A DNA stretch of 64,000 bases from Okamejei kenojei (Eukaryota), in contig CM069149.1 of assembly GCA_035221665.1 (NCBI GenBank), forward strand, positions 31,682,001 to 31,746,000, in the 5' to 3' direction. Of the stretch, positions 61,401-64,000 are shown one piece after another. The translations under genes and the position numbers were made by a program. The notes below the pieces were generated by a model, which was given only the letters and a program-made list of their open reading frames with translations, searched no databases and had not been told where the DNA came from. Each line of letters begins with the position of its first letter. Position 1 is the first letter of the stretch.

Positions 61401-63249
61401 CTTGGCATAGTTCTAGCTGTATCATTTATCGTTTTTCTAACCTAACCAGTGAGTTGTAAACTAATTGCTATAAGATTGGCCTGTACCCTTTGTCTCTGTC
61501 CTCCACCCTGCTCCCTCTGCAACTTAAGATGTTTGTTTTCCACTTCTGATGAAGAGGCTATGACCTAAAACATTTTCTCCCTGCATATGCTGTTGACCTG
61601 TTGTGTGCTTTAGGCATTTAGGCTTTATTTTTAAGACCACATGAGTATTGTCCAAGGATCCTTTGTTTGTTTAATGTTTTGGAGCTTCAGTTAGTAATAT
61701 GTCATCCAGTTCTGCATTTATACTGTTGCCATACATTTGGTGAGGTTAGGGTTACAATCATGTAGACATAGAGATATAAAGCGTGAAAATAAGATCTTCA
61801 TCTCACTGAGGCTATGTCGACCATCAACCACTGGTTTTACTAATCCTCCATTAATCCCATTCTTAGTTCTCCCAAATTCACCTCAACTTTCCAACAGATT
61901 TTCCATCTTATCTACATACTCGGGACAATTTACAGTGGCCAGTTAGCCTACCTACCACGTCTTTGGAATATGGGAGAAAATCTGAGTATCCATAGGAAAC
62001 TGACGTGGTCGCAGAGAAAATGTGCAGAGCTCAAGGTAGCACCCAAGATCAGGATTTAATAGGGGTCTCTGGCACAGTGAGACAGTGGCTGCATTAGCTG
62101 CACCATTCACAGCTGTGATCACTTGTACAACAGTATGATGCCTTAGGTTGTTTATTACTCTCTTGGCATTTGATCCAAATACTCATTAGATCTACGCAGC
62201 ATTGAAGACCTATTCTTCCCATTACCTTATTCCTGACTGATTAACCATTTATGTAATGCATTCCTTATCTAACACAAAGTTAGGTCCAGACTCTGACCTA
62301 CTTCTGAAAATACATTACACAATGTGCACCAACAGGTAGGTTGAGGCATTTACTCTGACTATTTTATCAATAATATTCTTGTGTGATCTTGGATGTCGTT
62401 CGGTGTGAATAGATAGGGGAGAAAGAGTATAAGGAAGGTAACACAAGCTCTGAATTCCTATTCCTCTGCCTTAGATACCCTCCTTTCCTATAGTCTATTA
62501 TATTCAACATTCCAACCTCAGTAGGAATCAGGAGCTTGGAATTGCTTGTTTGCCCCAGGAAAATTTGCCGCTCACCTTACATAGAACCTTGATTCACAAG
62601 CAAAATGTCTAGTACAGTGCTGTGCTGTGCAAGTTTGACGATTGTTCTCATAACCTCTCAGCTCATAGAATCATGGAAAATGTACAACACAGAAACAGGC
62701 CCTTTCGGCCTATGTTGATCATGATGTCTGCCTATGCTAATCCTTTTGCCTGCACTAAACCTATATTTCTCTGTGCCTTTTCTGTCTCAATGCGTCCAAA
62801 TGCCTATGCATTGTACCAGAAGTTGGGTTATAATGTAAATGTTGGAATTGTACTAAATTGTGCTGTTTTTGTCACCCACGCCTTCACATACAGTGCGCCT
62901 GAGGTGATCCATGCCTCTATGGCCAGCTTTGGCTGAGGAATTTGCGTAGAGGGGAATTGAAGTGTCCATTTTTCCAAATCTAATCAATTGTTATGTCAAC
63001 AAAGGAAATTACTAGAATTTGATGAACTCTATTTGGCCTTGCCCCTCTCACCAGTTCAGGAGTTGGTTGGGATGGGAGAACATAATTTGCACCATCAACA
63101 CGATAATGTTTAAAAGACATTTAGACAGGGTCACAGATAGGAAATAATTAAAGGGATAAGGATCAAGCATAGGCAAATGGAACACTGGAACTTTGGAAGG
63201 TCAGCTAGCATCTGTCAGAAGGTAAATAGAGATAATGTTTCAGGTTAAA

Positions 63250-63336
63250 GAAAGACACAAAGTGCTGGAGTAACTCAGGCAGCATTACTGGAGAAAAAGG
63301 ATAGGTGACGTTTCAAGTCGGGTTGCTTCTTCAGAC
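63250..63336 (-). mobile_element. Penelope pseudo-LTR copy
   Basis: agacacaaagtgctggagtaactc...ggtgacgtttc...cttcttcagact. Confidence 0.7.
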
Positions 63337-63564
63337 TTTCAGACTGACAGTAGAGGGTGGCAGAAATGAGCTGGAGGCGAGAAAAGACCAGGTCAAATCA
63401 GGACCGGTAACAAATGACCTCAGGCAAGGTGGCGCCATGGTGGGCCAATTGTTGGCAAGGGAAGGCGTGATCCCAAGGGGGATATAAAGTGCTTTCCCTT
63501 GCCACCTCCTCCACCCTAGTTGTCGGTCATTTAACTGGTTCCATTGTATCCCTCTTAAGAGAGA

Positions 63565-64000
63565 ACAGTCTGGGAAATGATTGCCTGGTGTTCGTCTGCC
63601 TCAAGAAGACCACTACCATTCTGGTGCTAAAGAAAAGCAAGGTAGTGTGCCTTAATGACTACCATCCAGTAGCTCTGACATCTGCGAAGATTCTTTGAGA
63701 GACTGGTGATGGCACACATTAACTCCAACCTCCCAACCAGCTTTGATCCACTGCAGTTTGCCCACTGTCACAACAGGTCCACAGTGGATACCATCTGCCT
63801 CGCCCTAACACTCATCTCTGCAACCTCTAGATAACAAGGACACCTATGTCAGACTCTATTTATTAAATATAGCTCTGCCTTCAACACCATAATCCATCCA
63901 AACTTCTCCAATCCCTTGGACCAAGCAGTCCACACCCTCCTCTGCCACTGGAGCCTTGATGTCACAATCTGACAGGATAGGTGACAATACATTCTCCTCA
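63565..64000 (+). mobile_element. Rex/Babar-type LINE RT fragment, degenerate
   Basis: [29 protein letters not shown], followed by DPLQFA..NRSTVD and YSSAFNTI remnants. Confidence 0.8.

Noticed and set aside
62780-62845. NAYALYQKLGYNV resembles a GNAT acetyltransferase motif
   Set aside because: Very short, no other GNAT motifs or clear splice sites, upstream part is a CR1 tail; likely chance.
48600-64000. Expected next syntenic gene (TMEM178B lies beyond MRPS33 in human)
   Set aside because: No recognisable TMEM178B exon seen; it probably lies outside the window.

Overview
Vertebrate nuclear DNA, very probably a skate/ray (elasmobranch), judged from HE1/V-SINE-type, CR1, Penelope and Rex repeats. 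The window covers the BRAF-MRPS33 neighbourhood. BRAF coding exons 1 (29252-29350) and 2 (7406-7507) lie on the - strand with a CpG-island promoter. The complete MRPS33 gene is also on the - strand (probable 5'UTR exon ~48156-48215; coding exons 45199-45413 and 42219-42324; 106 aa). The rest is mostly transposon-derived. (i) A near-intact, young 4.94-kb DIRS1-type tyrosine-recombinase retrotransposon sits in BRAF intron 1; its gag and pol are fused, and its ATG-less recombinase ORF could be reached by an in-frame splice. (ii) Three TSD-flanked ~120-137-bp SINE-like elements each begin exactly with a 54-nt minimal HDV-like ribozyme fold and end in a stem-loop plus (GAA)n tail like the Vingi-type LINE in the same window. 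(iii) About 20 Penelope pseudo-LTR copies are headed by a minimal hammerhead core, several as inverted pairs. (iv) There are also Tc1, hAT and Harbinger DNA elements, a 36-bp minisatellite in MRPS33 intron 1, and a 2.2-kb purine-rich tract upstream of BRAF. All calls are from reading the sequence; no database searches or folding programs were run, and boundaries of degenerate repeats are approximate.
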